64,000 nt of DNA from Octopus vulgaris (taxonomy: Eukaryota), in contig OX597819.1 of the NCBI GenBank assembly GCA_951406725.2, positions 16,182,001 through 16,246,000 of the forward strand. The letters run 5' to 3'. Position 1 is the stretch's first letter. The number at the start of each line of letters is the position of its first letter. Position numbers and translations under genes: made by a program. Shown piece by piece: positions 1 through 11,534 of the stretch. The notes below the pieces were generated by a model. That model searched no databases. It was not told where the DNA came from and was given only the letters and a program-made list of their open reading frames with translations.

Positions 1-202
1 GGGGCTAAACACAGAGAGTACGAACAAGGACAGACAAAGGGATTAAGTCGATTACATCGACCCCAGTGCGTAAATGGTACTTAATTTATCGACCCCGAAA
101 GGATGAAAGGCAAAGTCGACCTCGGCGGAATTTGAACTCAGAACGTAACGGCAGACGAAATACCGCTACATCTCGCCCGGCGTGCTGACGTTTCTGCCAG
201 CT
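1..202 (-). mobile_element. tRNA-derived SINE family A (partial, runs off window)
   Basis: Reverse complement of the head GAGCTGGCAGAAACGT..GAGTTCAAATTCCGCCGAGGTCGACTTTGCCTTTCATCCTTTCGGGGTCGAT also seen at 3863, 33500-33990 and 63952. Confidence 0.85.
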
Positions 203-949
203 CACAACTGTTTTTTTATTGTCATCGTTTTTACACCGGATTCCAGATTCCTTTTTTGTTCTGTCTTCGCTATTCTTGCGGATATTGTAATACTGAAACC
301 AGCCACTAGCTCTATCAAATATCAAAAGTTCGAGAGTCGTGTGGGGGTGGTGGGGGGCTGTAGATATCGCGGTTCCCGGTCCCTTTTGCTACTATTTAAA
401 CTTATAAACAAAAACATTAAAGATGATAGCCACGTCTCATAGACCAGTGGGCATTGTTGCCAGGTAAACTTAATATTTGTTAATCGCTGCCAGCGAGTGT
501 ATATTACTGTTGGGAGATACCATAATCGTGATGACCTCCTGCAAAAATCTTACGTAAAACAAAAAAAAAAAAACACTTTCTCCAGCAGTTAGCTGCTTGT
601 AGATAAGACAATGGGTGTATGTGGGGGTGGTGGTGGTGGTGGTGGTGGTGTGTGTGTGTATGTATTATCAGAACCGTCAAACTATTGAGCGACTGTATAT
701 GCATACGGAAGACAGACTTGCTGTGATATACCTTTGCCTCAGTGGGTGCTGTGAACAATAGTACATACATACATACATGCATACATACATACATTCGTAC
801 ATACATACATACATTCATACATACATTCATACATACATACATACATACATACACACGCATACATACACACACATACATATACACGTACATACATTCATAC
901 ATATACACATACATACATACATACATACATGTGTAAGTGTTTGTGTGAA

Positions 950-1125
950 GGGAGGCATGGTCCAGTGGCTAGGGTGTTTCGCTCACGGTTACCAGATCGC
1001 GGTTTCGATCCTTGGACCGGGTGCTGTGTTGTGTTGGCTTGCTCACCACGCCAGCAGGGTGGCGTCATACGAAAGCTAAAACGGTGTGAAACACACTGTG
1101 ACCAGCGATGTATAACAACATCCAT
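950..1125 (+). mobile_element. tRNA(Arg)-like SINE family C, internally deleted copy
   Basis: GGAGGCATGGTCCAGTGGCTAGGG..GATCGCGGTTTCGATCC..GCCAGCAGGGTGGCGTCAT..TGTGACCAGCGATGT matches the copy at 18843-19140. Confidence 0.75.
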
Positions 1126-1126
1126 G

Positions 1127-1157
<31 letters not shown>

Positions 1158-1166
<9 letters not shown>

Positions 1167-1518
1167 TCAGGTCGCCGGAACGAGTGTGTGTGGGCGTACC
1201 AGCGAGTCTTAAAGCTGTTTGACGTCATTCCGATGTACGATTTTCTTTTATCATCGGGGCCTGATCGTACCTCGCATGTGTAGACGAGGTCCTTCTGTAG
1301 GCAGTTGTTGTTGAGGGGGCAGATAGCAATTGCAACTTCCCTGATAAAACCACTTGCCCCCTCAACAACAACTGCCCACAGAAAGACCTCGTCTACACAT
1401 GCGAGGTACGATCAGGCCCCGATGATAAAAGAAAATCGTACATCGGAATGACGTCAAACAGCTTTAAGACTCGCTGGTACGCCCACACACACTCGTTCCG
1501 GCGACCTGACAAATCCAA
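1158..1518. repeat. Inverted repeat (164-bp arms, 33-nt spacer) made of the PLE endonuclease fragment
   Basis: 1158-1321 is the reverse complement of 1355-1518 with about 2 mismatches; the whole unit is flanked by (TA)n. Confidence 0.95.
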
Positions 1519-1589
1519 CCAAACTACCCTCGCCGCCCACATCTGGTACCTTAAAAGGAACTCCATCCCCTTCAAGATCAAGTGGAGAC

Positions 1590-1591
<2 letters not shown>
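1322..1591 (+). pseudogene. Penelope-like element GIY-YIG endonuclease fragment (no start codon, absent from ORF track)
   Basis: Manual translation DSNCNFPDKTTCPLNNNCPQKDLVYTCEVRSGPDDKRKSYIGMTSNSFKTRWYAHTHSFRRPDKSNQTTLAAHIWYLKRNSIPFKIKWRL shows the CPL-x3-C, VY..YIG, FKxRxxxHxxSF and TxLxxxIWxLK motifs of PLE GIY-YIG domains. Confidence 0.9.
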
Positions 1592-1624
<33 letters not shown>

Positions 1625-1629
1625 GCTTT

Positions 1630-1980
1630 TATTTATTTCAGTCATTTGACTGCGGCTATACTGGAGCACCGCCTTTAGTCGAACAAATCGACCCCAGAAC
1701 TTATTCTTTGTAAGCCCAGTATTTATTCTATCAGTCTCTTTTACCAAACCACTAAGCTACGGGGACGTAAACACACCAACATCGGTTGTCAAGAGATGGT
1801 GGGATGACAAACACACACACACATATATATACGACTGTAGCTTCTTTCATTTTCCATCTACCAAATCCACTCACAAGGCTTTGGTCGGCCCGAGGCTATA
1901 GTAGAAGACACTTGCCCAAGGTGCTACGCAGTGGGACTGAACCCAGAGCCATGTGGTTGGGAAGCAAGCTACATACCATA
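1630..1980 (-). mobile_element. SINE family B (octopus OR-type, tRNA head, internal microsatellite)
   Basis: Reverse complement of the full copy at 2659-3050. Confidence 0.85.
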
Positions 1981-2658
1981 CACACACACACAGCGTGGCC
2001 TCAGTCCAATGAATCAATTCAATGACTGGGTAATTGTTCGATTCGAACCTGCAACTCTGTGATCTTAAATCATTTGTAGAGTTTATCCAAGGTGGAATGT
2101 CATTTATTTTCCGTGATGCTGTCATCGTCCGCTCCCACCGCGACCAGCCCCTCCTCTAATTTGCTTCTCCTCTGTCTCTATGTCTGTCTGTCTCTCTGTC
2201 TGTCTCTCTGTCTGCCTGTCTGTCTGTCTCTCTCTCTCTTCATCCACTTCTTTCCTTGACAGCTTTAACGATGTAATTAATACGCACCTGTATACACACA
2301 CCTGCATGTTGCTGTTAAGAAGCCCTAGCATCAAAGGCATTCCGACCGTGACCGTCCCATCTTTTAAGCGTTGTTAAAACTACATTATCCATTCTGTCTA
2401 TTTTCCTGTGTCCTATTTGGAAACAGAAGGGTGTATACAGGGCACGTGTGTGCGTGGGGGGGGGGAGGCGGAGACTGTACATGTGTGCTATTCCTAGCAG
2501 AACGAGCATTGAGATTCCCTATTCACCTGTGTCGTGAGTACTATATACATAATTGCATACACACACATACACCCACATATACACACGCACGTAGGAAATG
2601 AGTATGGACTAAAAGTATGATATAACGTTTGTGTATGTGTGTGTATATATATATATAT

Positions 2659-3048
2659 AGGCGCAGGAGTGGCTGTGTGGTAAGTAGCTTGATTACCAAC
2701 CACATGGTTCCGGGTTCAGTCCCACTGCGTGGCACCTTGGGCAAGTGTCTTCTACTATAGCCTCGGGCCGACCAAAGCCTTGTGAGTGGATTTGGTAGAC
2801 GGAAATTGAAAGAAGCCCGTCGTATATATGTATATATATATATATGTGCGTGTGTGTCTGTGTTTGTCCCCCTAGTATTGCTTGACAACCAATGCTGGTG
2901 TGTTTATGTCCCCGTCACTTAGCGGTTCGGCAAAAGAGACCGATAGAATAAGTACTGGGCTTACAAAGAATAAGTCCCGGGTCGAGTAGCTCGATTAAAG
3001 GTGGTGCACCAGCATGGCCGCAGTCAAATGACTGAAACAAGTAAAAGA

Positions 3049-3050
<2 letters not shown>
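2659..3050 (+). mobile_element. SINE family B, full length
   Basis: Head GGCGCAGGAGTGGCTGTGTGGTAAG..GGTTCCGGGTTCAGTCCC (A/B-box like), internal (TA)(TG) tract, tail GGTGGTGCACCAGCATGGCCGCAGTCAAATGACTGAAAC. More than 12 related copies in the window. Confidence 0.9.
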
Positions 3051-3086
<36 letters not shown>

Positions 3087-3091
<5 letters not shown>

Positions 3092-3291
3092 AAAGAAGCA
3101 AACAAACGTTAAGGCAGGACAAACAACTCAAGTCATATACGTTATTATTACTGGGAAAATTCAAAGTCTTACAGCTGTTTCTGGGATAGCCCAGAAACAG
3201 CTGTAAGACTTTGAATTTTTCCAATAATAATAATGATGCATATGACTTGAGATGTTTATCCTGCCTAAACGTTTGTTGTCCTCTTTCACAA
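3087..3291. repeat. Fold-back palindrome of a PLE-like terminal repeat
   Basis: Perfect 30-bp core 3156-3185/3190-3219 around loop ATAG; imperfect arms extend to about 100 bp. Contains GAAACAGCTGTAAG shared with 25636-25649. Flanked by (TA)n. Confidence 0.9.
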
Positions 3292-3382
3292 TTATATCTC
3301 CACTATATCGGAAATCTGCAATGGCTCCATAACTAGCGTCTCGGCTATAAACTTGGAGCCCTGGTAATCCGTTACAGCATAA

Positions 3383-3442
<60 letters not shown>

Positions 3443-3862
3443 CGTGTATGTGCATCATTGTGTTTGCGCTTGTCTTTGACCACTTAACAACCTGTGTAGA
3501 TTCGTTTACGTTCCTCTAAGTCATCTAGAGGTTTGGTCCAAAAGGGATCGATAGACAGTGCATCAAATATGAAATCAGTACTGGGGTCGATTTGATCGAT
3601 CCTTCAACGCAGTACTCCAGTCTGGCCGCAGTGACTGAAGAGTTAAAATGCTACAAGAATATGTAGTGCGTAGGCTGAGTATGAAATGTGTGTAGTGTGT
3701 ATATAGGATGTATATTTGGGATATCTAGAGTGTGCTTACTAAAAGTGGAGGTTTCCTCCAGTGTTCACAGAACCAATTTTGTAGGCCCCTGGGTCACAAT
3801 CACTGTGGAGGCGACCAGCTAAATTTTGAACAACTTTTCACGTAATTGTTGAGGCCCTTCTT

Positions 3863-4260
3863 AGGCGGCGAGCTGGCAGAAACGTTAGCACGCCGGGAGA
3901 AATGCTTAGCGGTATTTCGTCTGCCGCTACGTTGTGAATTCAAATTCCGCCGAGGTCGACTTTGCCTTTCATCCTTTCGGGGTCGATTAAGTAAGTACCA
4001 TTTACGCACTGGGGTCGATGTAATCGACTTAATCCCTTTGTCTGTTCTTGTTTGTACTCTCTGTGTTTAGACCCTTGTGGGTAGTAAAGAAATAGGTATT
4101 TCGTCTGCCGCTACGTTTTGAGTCCAAATTCCGCCGAGATCGACTTAGCCTTTCATCCTTTCGGGGCCGATAAATTAAGTACCAGTTGCATACTGGAGTC
4201 GATCAAATTCACTGGCCCCCTCGCCAGAAATTTCGGGCCTTTTGCCTAGAGTACAAAAGA
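3863..4260 (+). mobile_element. SINE family A with duplicated body
   Basis: Head GGCGGCGAGCTGGCAGAAACGTTAGCACGCCGG; the GGTATTTCGTCTGCCGCTACGTT..CCTTTCATCCTTTCGGGG unit occurs twice (3911, 4095). Confidence 0.85.
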
Positions 4261-4743
4261 ATCTTTGAGGCCCTACAACGGACGGAGGATCTGAGCTGTA
4301 GACAATTCTTTAATCCTGCAATTATGTGAGCTTGCAATATGCATGTACAGTGAGTGCAAATATGAACCCTTTACGGTGTTTAGCCCCAGATTGGCTTTCA
4401 TTTCGCTGACCTCGGAAGAACTCGGACTAGCATCTGTAATGTGTCATTTTTACTTCAAGTCATTTTTATGTACATTGAGGGCGCCTCGGTTGCTGTTCTT
4501 TGCATGGCAAGTGACCACAGGACCGTTCCCTCATTAGCTCGGAAATGTGTAATATGTATGTGTGTATATACTGTACATATATATATACACACACACACGA
4601 TCACACGATGCACTATATATGCTGTATATAGTATTATATGTATATATAAACATCCATATATTTATACCTGTATATATGTATGCATACACATACATACGCA
4701 CAGTCACATACATATATATTTATACATACATACATACAAACAC

Positions 4744-5268
<525 letters not shown>

Positions 5269-5314
5269 ATACATATATATGCATGTATATATATTTATAC
5301 ATATGCAATATATG

Positions 5315-5884
5315 AATTGAATTGAACCAGTTTCAGCTAACGAGCTGTGGCCATGCTGGGGCACCGCCGTTTGGTGTTGCTACACAATTTTAACTTCACT
5401 AATCCATTTTGGAACTTGACGTTTGGCGCATGTGAGAGTTTGAAGTCGCTGCGCCTTCCTGTTGTGAAGTTAGTTCATCTGGGACTCTTGACAGTAAGAG
5501 ATCTAGCTTCGTTTTGAAGACACCTATATCCAACACATGCAGGTCTCTCAGGTCCTTCGGGAAGATATTGAAGGGCTGCGGTCCTTCAATGACCAGGCTG
5601 TTGCAATATCTTGTCCTATATTTTGATGGCAATGTTAGAACTTTTGACATTATGCTGCGGCGCCTTGTTCTAGCGTTAGTCTAACTCTTAATGCCAAAGC
5701 TTGAGACAAGTCCCTCCAAGAATTTCCAAATGTATATTTTGGCATATCTTTCTCGCATATACTCCACGGAATAAAGTTTCAATCTCTTGAGTCTTTCCCA
5801 CTAGCTTGATGATGAATCAAGGCTATCTTCTCCATGTAGTTTCGTTGTATTGCCTCAAGTTTTGCAATTAATTTACATACTTCA

Positions 5885-5885
<1 letters not shown>
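5315..5885 (-). mobile_element. CR1/L2-group LINE 3' fragment with 3' UTR
   Basis: ORF 5399-5650 (GPQPFNIFPKDLRDL..FKTKLDLLLSRVPDE) is a typical RT C-terminus; upstream WERLKRLKLYS motif; tail GGCGGTGCCCCAGCATGGCCACAGCTCGTTAGCTGAAAC then (TTCAA)n. Confidence 0.85.
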
Positions 5886-5929
<44 letters not shown>

Positions 5930-5986
5930 ATGTATATGGGAGTGTATTTATGTATGTATGTATCTATCTATCTATCTATCTATCTA

Positions 5987-6025
<39 letters not shown>

Positions 6026-6428
6026 CATCATTATTATTAGGAACTCCTTCATAGAGTAACTGCTGCATTTGTTGAGTATATAAACAGTTTGATTGCTTGT
6101 TTCTCTGGAGACTGTCAGAATGATGTGGACGCCTCTTATGAGAAACCAATAAGATTCGATAATCGATTAAGGTTGTTCATCATTTTTTCAGTCACACACA
6201 CACACACACACACACCCACACACATATATATAGGTTATAGTTGAAGACACTTGCACAAGATGCTACACAGTGGGACTGAACCCGGAACCATGTAGTTAGG
6301 AAGCAAGCTTCTTACCACACAGCCACTCTTGCGACTATATATATATATATAGTCGCCATGAGAAAGCCATGTTGGATCGTTAGCCCCTACACGCAATTTT
6401 TTTACTCTCCTTGTTTCTTTTCTGTGTA

Positions 6429-6466
6429 TCTTTCTGTCGAAGAGCGTAGGTTCGAAACGTAAAAGA
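6429..6466 (+). ncRNA. Minimal hammerhead-like motif (core variant CUGUCGA) in a PLE-like fragment 6355-6560
   Basis: TCTTT-CTGTCGA-AGAGC-GTAG-GTTC-GAAAC-GTA-AAAGA: stem I TCTTT/AAAGA, palindromic ACGT stem III. Confidence 0.6.
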
Positions 6467-6559
6467 CTTGTTTTATTTCTATTCCTGAGCGCCATACTAA
6501 TACATTGTTTGTTTGTACTTCACCTGCCTTCATCTTTTGTTTATTTTCGTAAACCTTCC

Positions 6560-7055
6560 CGACCAATGCCTTGTGAGTGGATTTGGTAGACGGAAATTGA
6601 AAGAAGCCTGTCGTATATATGTATATATATATATATGTTTGTGTGTCTGTGTTTGTCCCCCTAGCATTGCTTGACAACCAATGCTGGTGTGTTTACGTCC
6701 CCGTCACTTAGCGGTTCGGCAAAAGAGACAGATAGAATAAGTACTGGGCTTACAAAGAATAAGTCCCGGGGTCGATTTGCTCGACTAAAGGCGGTGCTAG
6801 CATGGCCGCAGTCAAATGACTGAAACAAGTAAAATATATATATATATATATATATGTATATGTGTGTGTGTGTGTGTGTGTGTGAGCGTCTATAGTCCAG
6901 TGTGGTAAGAGGCTTGCCTCCCGACCACATGGTTCCGAGTTCAGTCTCACTGTGTGGTACTGTGAGGTACTTTGGGGATGTGTCTTGTACTATAGCCTCG
7001 GGCCGACCAAATCCTTGTGAGTGGATTTGGTAGACGGAAACAAAAAGAAGCCCTT

Positions 7056-7058
<3 letters not shown>
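6560..7058 (+). mobile_element. Two partial SINE family B copies (6560-6835, 6895-7058); a minus-strand head lies at 6235-6335
   Basis: Sequence identity to 2659-3050. Confidence 0.8.
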
Positions 7059-7094
<36 letters not shown>

Positions 7095-7686
7095 GTAAAT
7101 ATATATATATATACGATATATATATAATATATATATATATATACGATATATATATAATATATATATATATACGATATATATATAAATATATGTATATGTA
7201 TATATACATGTTTATATATAAACATACGTAGACACATACAGACATACACTCACACAGAAAGATATGTTTGTATATATGTGCATGTGTGTGTATGTGTCCT
7301 TGTATGTAATGTGTGTACGAGGGCAGAGGTTAAACGAGGGGTAGTTGATGGGATATACCTAACAAAATATTGTGTATCAAACTTCCCTCTCCTCCTTTAG
7401 CGGATTAAGCTAATCCACTCAAGTATGTTCGACCCGACTTCTTCCTCTCTCTCTCTCTCTGTCTCTCGTTCTCAGTCAAGTGTGACCCGATTCACCATCA
7501 CCTGTGTACAATCTTATAACTGGGGTGTAAGGTTAGGGGTGTGCTGGTGTACTACACAGGTGACATGACAGCCACCCTATAGGGGTGCCCGACTCTTATC
7601 ATAGATATCAACCTTTTTATGTGTGTGCGTGCGCGCCCGGCTATATATACATATATATATTTATACACACACATGTGTATATGTGC

Positions 7687-7785
<99 letters not shown>

Positions 7786-7930
7786 TACATAGGGTTTGCA
7801 TAGTTTATGTGTTATACAGGACGTGTTTTATAGTTGTGTACATATGTATGTATATATATATATATGTGCATATATATGTATATATTTATATGTATATATA
7901 TGTATATACGTACATATATAAATATGTATA

Positions 7931-7974
<44 letters not shown>

Positions 7975-7976
<2 letters not shown>

Positions 7977-9050
7977 CTTAGAAACTTAGATAAAACTTAG
8001 ATATGTTTCGACCAGAGATTGGTCCAGGCCATGTCTAACTTAATAGCACCACCTGATAGGATTATTCGAATCCTGTTTAAGTCAAGTTTTGTTCAAGTAG
8101 TGAGTTCTTGTTGGGTGAGTTGTATCCAGTTTTGTTCAAGTAGTGAGTTCTTGTTGGGTGAGTTGTATCCAATTATGGGTGGCTTGTCTGGTATTCTTTG
8201 AAGGAATCTATCCAGACTCTGTTTGAAGTTGATGGGATCCTTTTCCTCTTTGATCTCCCTCGGGACAATGTTAAATAGGGCAGGGCCTGTTGAGGAAAAG
8301 AAATTATGTTGCAGTGTACATGTATGTTGTAATCTTGAATTTGGCAGGGGACGTATAGCCCGTGGTCCAAGTCTCGGATGAACCTTGAAGCTAATGTTTA
8401 GGTCGTTTGGGCAAAGTTGGCGGTATATTTTCCACATCGTACAAATGATGTACCGCTCATGACGACGCTGGAGGGAGTAAAGTTTCAAGGCTTTAAGGCG
8501 ATCCCAATAGTCGAGAGCAGCCATGCCTTCAATTTGTTTAGTGAGAGCCCTCTGGGGTGACTCAATTCTGGAGATGTTTTGTCTTGTGTGAGGAGACCAC
8601 AGTGGGCAGCAGTATTCAAGGTGTGACCGTACAAAGGATGAAAAAAGTGGTATGATGACACCTTGTTCTCTGGACCGGAAAGTTCTTAAGATCCAGGAAC
8701 TCATCCTACGAGCTGTATCGACCTTCTTGTTGATGTGTGCACTCCAACTGAGATCGTCATCAACAATTACACCCAGGTCTCTGATATTGTTAGAGGCTGT
8801 GAGCGGTTCCCCTGAAGGAAGAGAGTATGGTTGTTTTAGTGAGGAATTTCTTCCAAAATGCATCAGCTCAAATTTTCCCTCATTCAGTTGCATTTTGTTT
8901 CTGTCTGCCCATTGACTCACAGCATATAGGTCAGACTGGAGTTGAGTTCGGTCTGCTTCTTCATTGACGATTTGCTGGAGCTTAGTTTCATCAGCGAATA
9001 TTTTCACTTTGCAGTGATGTACGACACTGGAAAGGTCGTTTACATAAATA
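7975..9050 (-). mobile_element. 5'-truncated CR1/L2-group LINE (reverse transcriptase C-terminal part, ORF 8093-9007)
   Basis: YVNDL..KIFADETKL (YADD motif), LQSDL..W, RDLGVIVD, VRSHLEYCCPLWSP, WDRLKALKLYSLQRR. 3' UTR and short repeated tail at 7975-8060; 43-bp tandem duplication 8085-8170. Confidence 0.93.
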
Positions 9051-9078
9051 TGTATATATAAGTATATTTATATATGTA

Positions 9079-9470
9079 CTAGCAGTATCGCCCGGCGTTG
9101 CTCGGGTTTGTTTCGACCCGCTGGAATTGGGATTTTTGAAAAGTAAAAATTTTGCATTATGTAGCTTGTTATTGTCTTCAAGTGAACATTTTTCTGGTTG
9201 AAATACACTGAAAAGTGGCGACACAGCAGTGAAAAAATCGTAAAAAATATGGATTTTTCATAGAAAAAGGCACCTTTTTGATGTAAATAATTTTGGGTGT
9301 TAACATGGTCCGATTTGAATTTTTTCTTCTACTGAAAGAAGAGCAACCCTTCTTCTATCATGATCTCAATTTTGGTCAACTTGCGCCGTAGGGTCTCGGA
9401 GGAGATAGTGTTAGTTGAAGGCTACCAAACCTGACACACACAGACAACTTCAGCTTTATATAGAGAGAGA
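9079..9470 (-). mobile_element. Non-autonomous Helitron
   Basis: Minus strand begins TCTCTCTCTATATAAAG and ends with hairpin CCCGAGCAACGCCGGG followed by CTAG; inserted between A and T. Confidence 0.85.
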
Positions 9471-9736
9471 TAACACACACACATTAATACACATACATAC
9501 ATACACACACACACACACATACACATGTATGTATGAATGGATGGATGGATGTATATGTGTACATCTGTCCACTTCTTGCCATATTTTTATCCTTCACTTC
9601 CTACACACACACACACACACACACACTCACACACACCTTCTTAGCTTACAATTTCTTTCTTTCAACAATTGACAACTGAAGTACGCTCGCAAATTAATAC
9701 TACGAAAACTTAGCGACAGAAAGTAAATTAAAAACC

Positions 9737-10110
9737 AATCGTAAAATATTGAGTTTTCTCGAATTTTTGCTTAATTGGGGGTCAAATTGAAAGAAATTTC
9801 AATGCCATGGCCCAGTGGAATGTACTTCGAAAAATCATAGGTAAATTCCTTTTGAAGAAATTGTGTGAGGAGTAAATCGTTATGTATTTATTTGTTTCTG
9901 TTTCCTGTGTATTTTTTTGAGTAGTGGTTTAAGGTACACTGGCAAAGAGAAAGTGTAGTAATAGAAAGAGTGAAGCAGTTGATATGAGAGAGGCAAATCG
10001 TAAAATATTTAGTTTTCTCGAATTTTTGCTTAATTTGGGGTCAAATTGAAAACAATTGATATGCCATGACCCAATCGAATCTACTTCAAAAAATCATAGG
10101 TAAAATCCAA
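9737..10110 (+). repeat. Direct repeat of about 113 bp (9737-9850 and 9996-10110)
   Basis: AATCGTAAAATATT.AGTTTTCTCGAATTTTTGCTTAATT.GGGGTCAAATTGAAA..AAAAATCATAGGTAAA occurs twice. Confidence 0.85.
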
Positions 10111-10210
10111 ATGATGAAATTCTATATTGTACAATTGTATTAAAAACATAATATGTCAGAGGCAGAGAAAATCTGCCTTTTATCATAAGAGATATAAATA
10201 TATGAATATA

Positions 10211-10250
<40 letters not shown>

Positions 10251-10347
10251 TGCATATATATAAATGTATATATATGTACATACATATGTATATACATATG
10301 TACATATATTTACATATATATATATATATGTACGTTTGTGTATGTAC

Positions 10348-10393
<46 letters not shown>

Positions 10394-10559
10394 ATATATA
10401 TTTCTATATATATATATTTCTATATATATATTTATGTAGGATGTTTGCAGTGTGTAGTGATTGCATAGTTTATGTGTTACACAGGACATGTGTTTTATAT
10501 GTATTATACATAGTATATGTGAAGGATTTCTATGGAGTTAGCTGAGCCAGTACATGATT

Positions 10560-11478
10560 TTATTACTATTTGGCCTACAGGTAGTGTAAAAGGCTGCCGT
10601 AAAATTTTCAATTTATATTAAATCCCTGGGGTCCTTCCCGTAAAAATTCCTGATCTACGTCATTTATGATGTTATATTGAGCCCATCTAAGTTGTTCCGG
10701 TGAAGAAAGGTGGGCTCACCAGTTTTCCTGTCCCCTGTGCTTGAAGAAAAGAATGCTGGCACACATCATTAAAAGCTATCCAAGATAGCTTTGAATATAA
10801 TGTACCTTGGGTATGCGCTTTGGCTTGTTGTGGTGCTCTTACTTTCACTGTATTGAAAGTGTTTTACGTAGGATGTGTGCGGTACCTAGTAGTTCTATTT
10901 TCTGTATGTTATATATACTTGTAATTCCTGGAGTTTTTGTTATGTATTATTGTTGTTGTTGTTGTTGTTTTATTTTTGAGAGCGCTCGGTCCTGTTCGTT
11001 CTGGTAGATTCTGTGAGAGCGGACAGCAGCCTTCTGTCAGAGATCTCACAAGGTCTCTTTCTGCACGTAATAAGCTTTGATGCTTGGTTGTTAATTATCA
11101 TGGAAGACATTCAACATCTAAGTGCCAATCTCCAAATCCTTGCTGTCCCCAGCAGAGCAGATTTGGGGGCTTGCTCTGCTCTCATATCAGTTAAGATTTC
11201 TTACTATTATCATTAGTGGTGTGTAAAAATGTAATACATTCGGCACACTGTCCTTGATACCGGGTCACAACCAGTTTCCTTAGGTATCGAAGACCTTTCT
11301 TAAAATCCTTGCTGTTGCCAATAGAGCAGATTTCTGAATTAATGCTTTTCTCGTAGTTACACCAATCTCAATAAGGAATCTGCCAAGTCCGTTGGCGACG
11401 GTACCTAGTGCAACTAGAACAACTGGGATTACTCCACAGTCTTCGCATTCCCCTATCCAAATCCTGGTATTCTCCTGT

Positions 11479-11534
<56 letters not shown>

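Noticed and set aside
7441-7531. Polypyrimidine tract plus AG at 7475 and GTAAGG at 7526 suggesting a micro-exon
   Set aside because: The pyrimidine tract is a (CT)n microsatellite and the peptide is unrecognisable.
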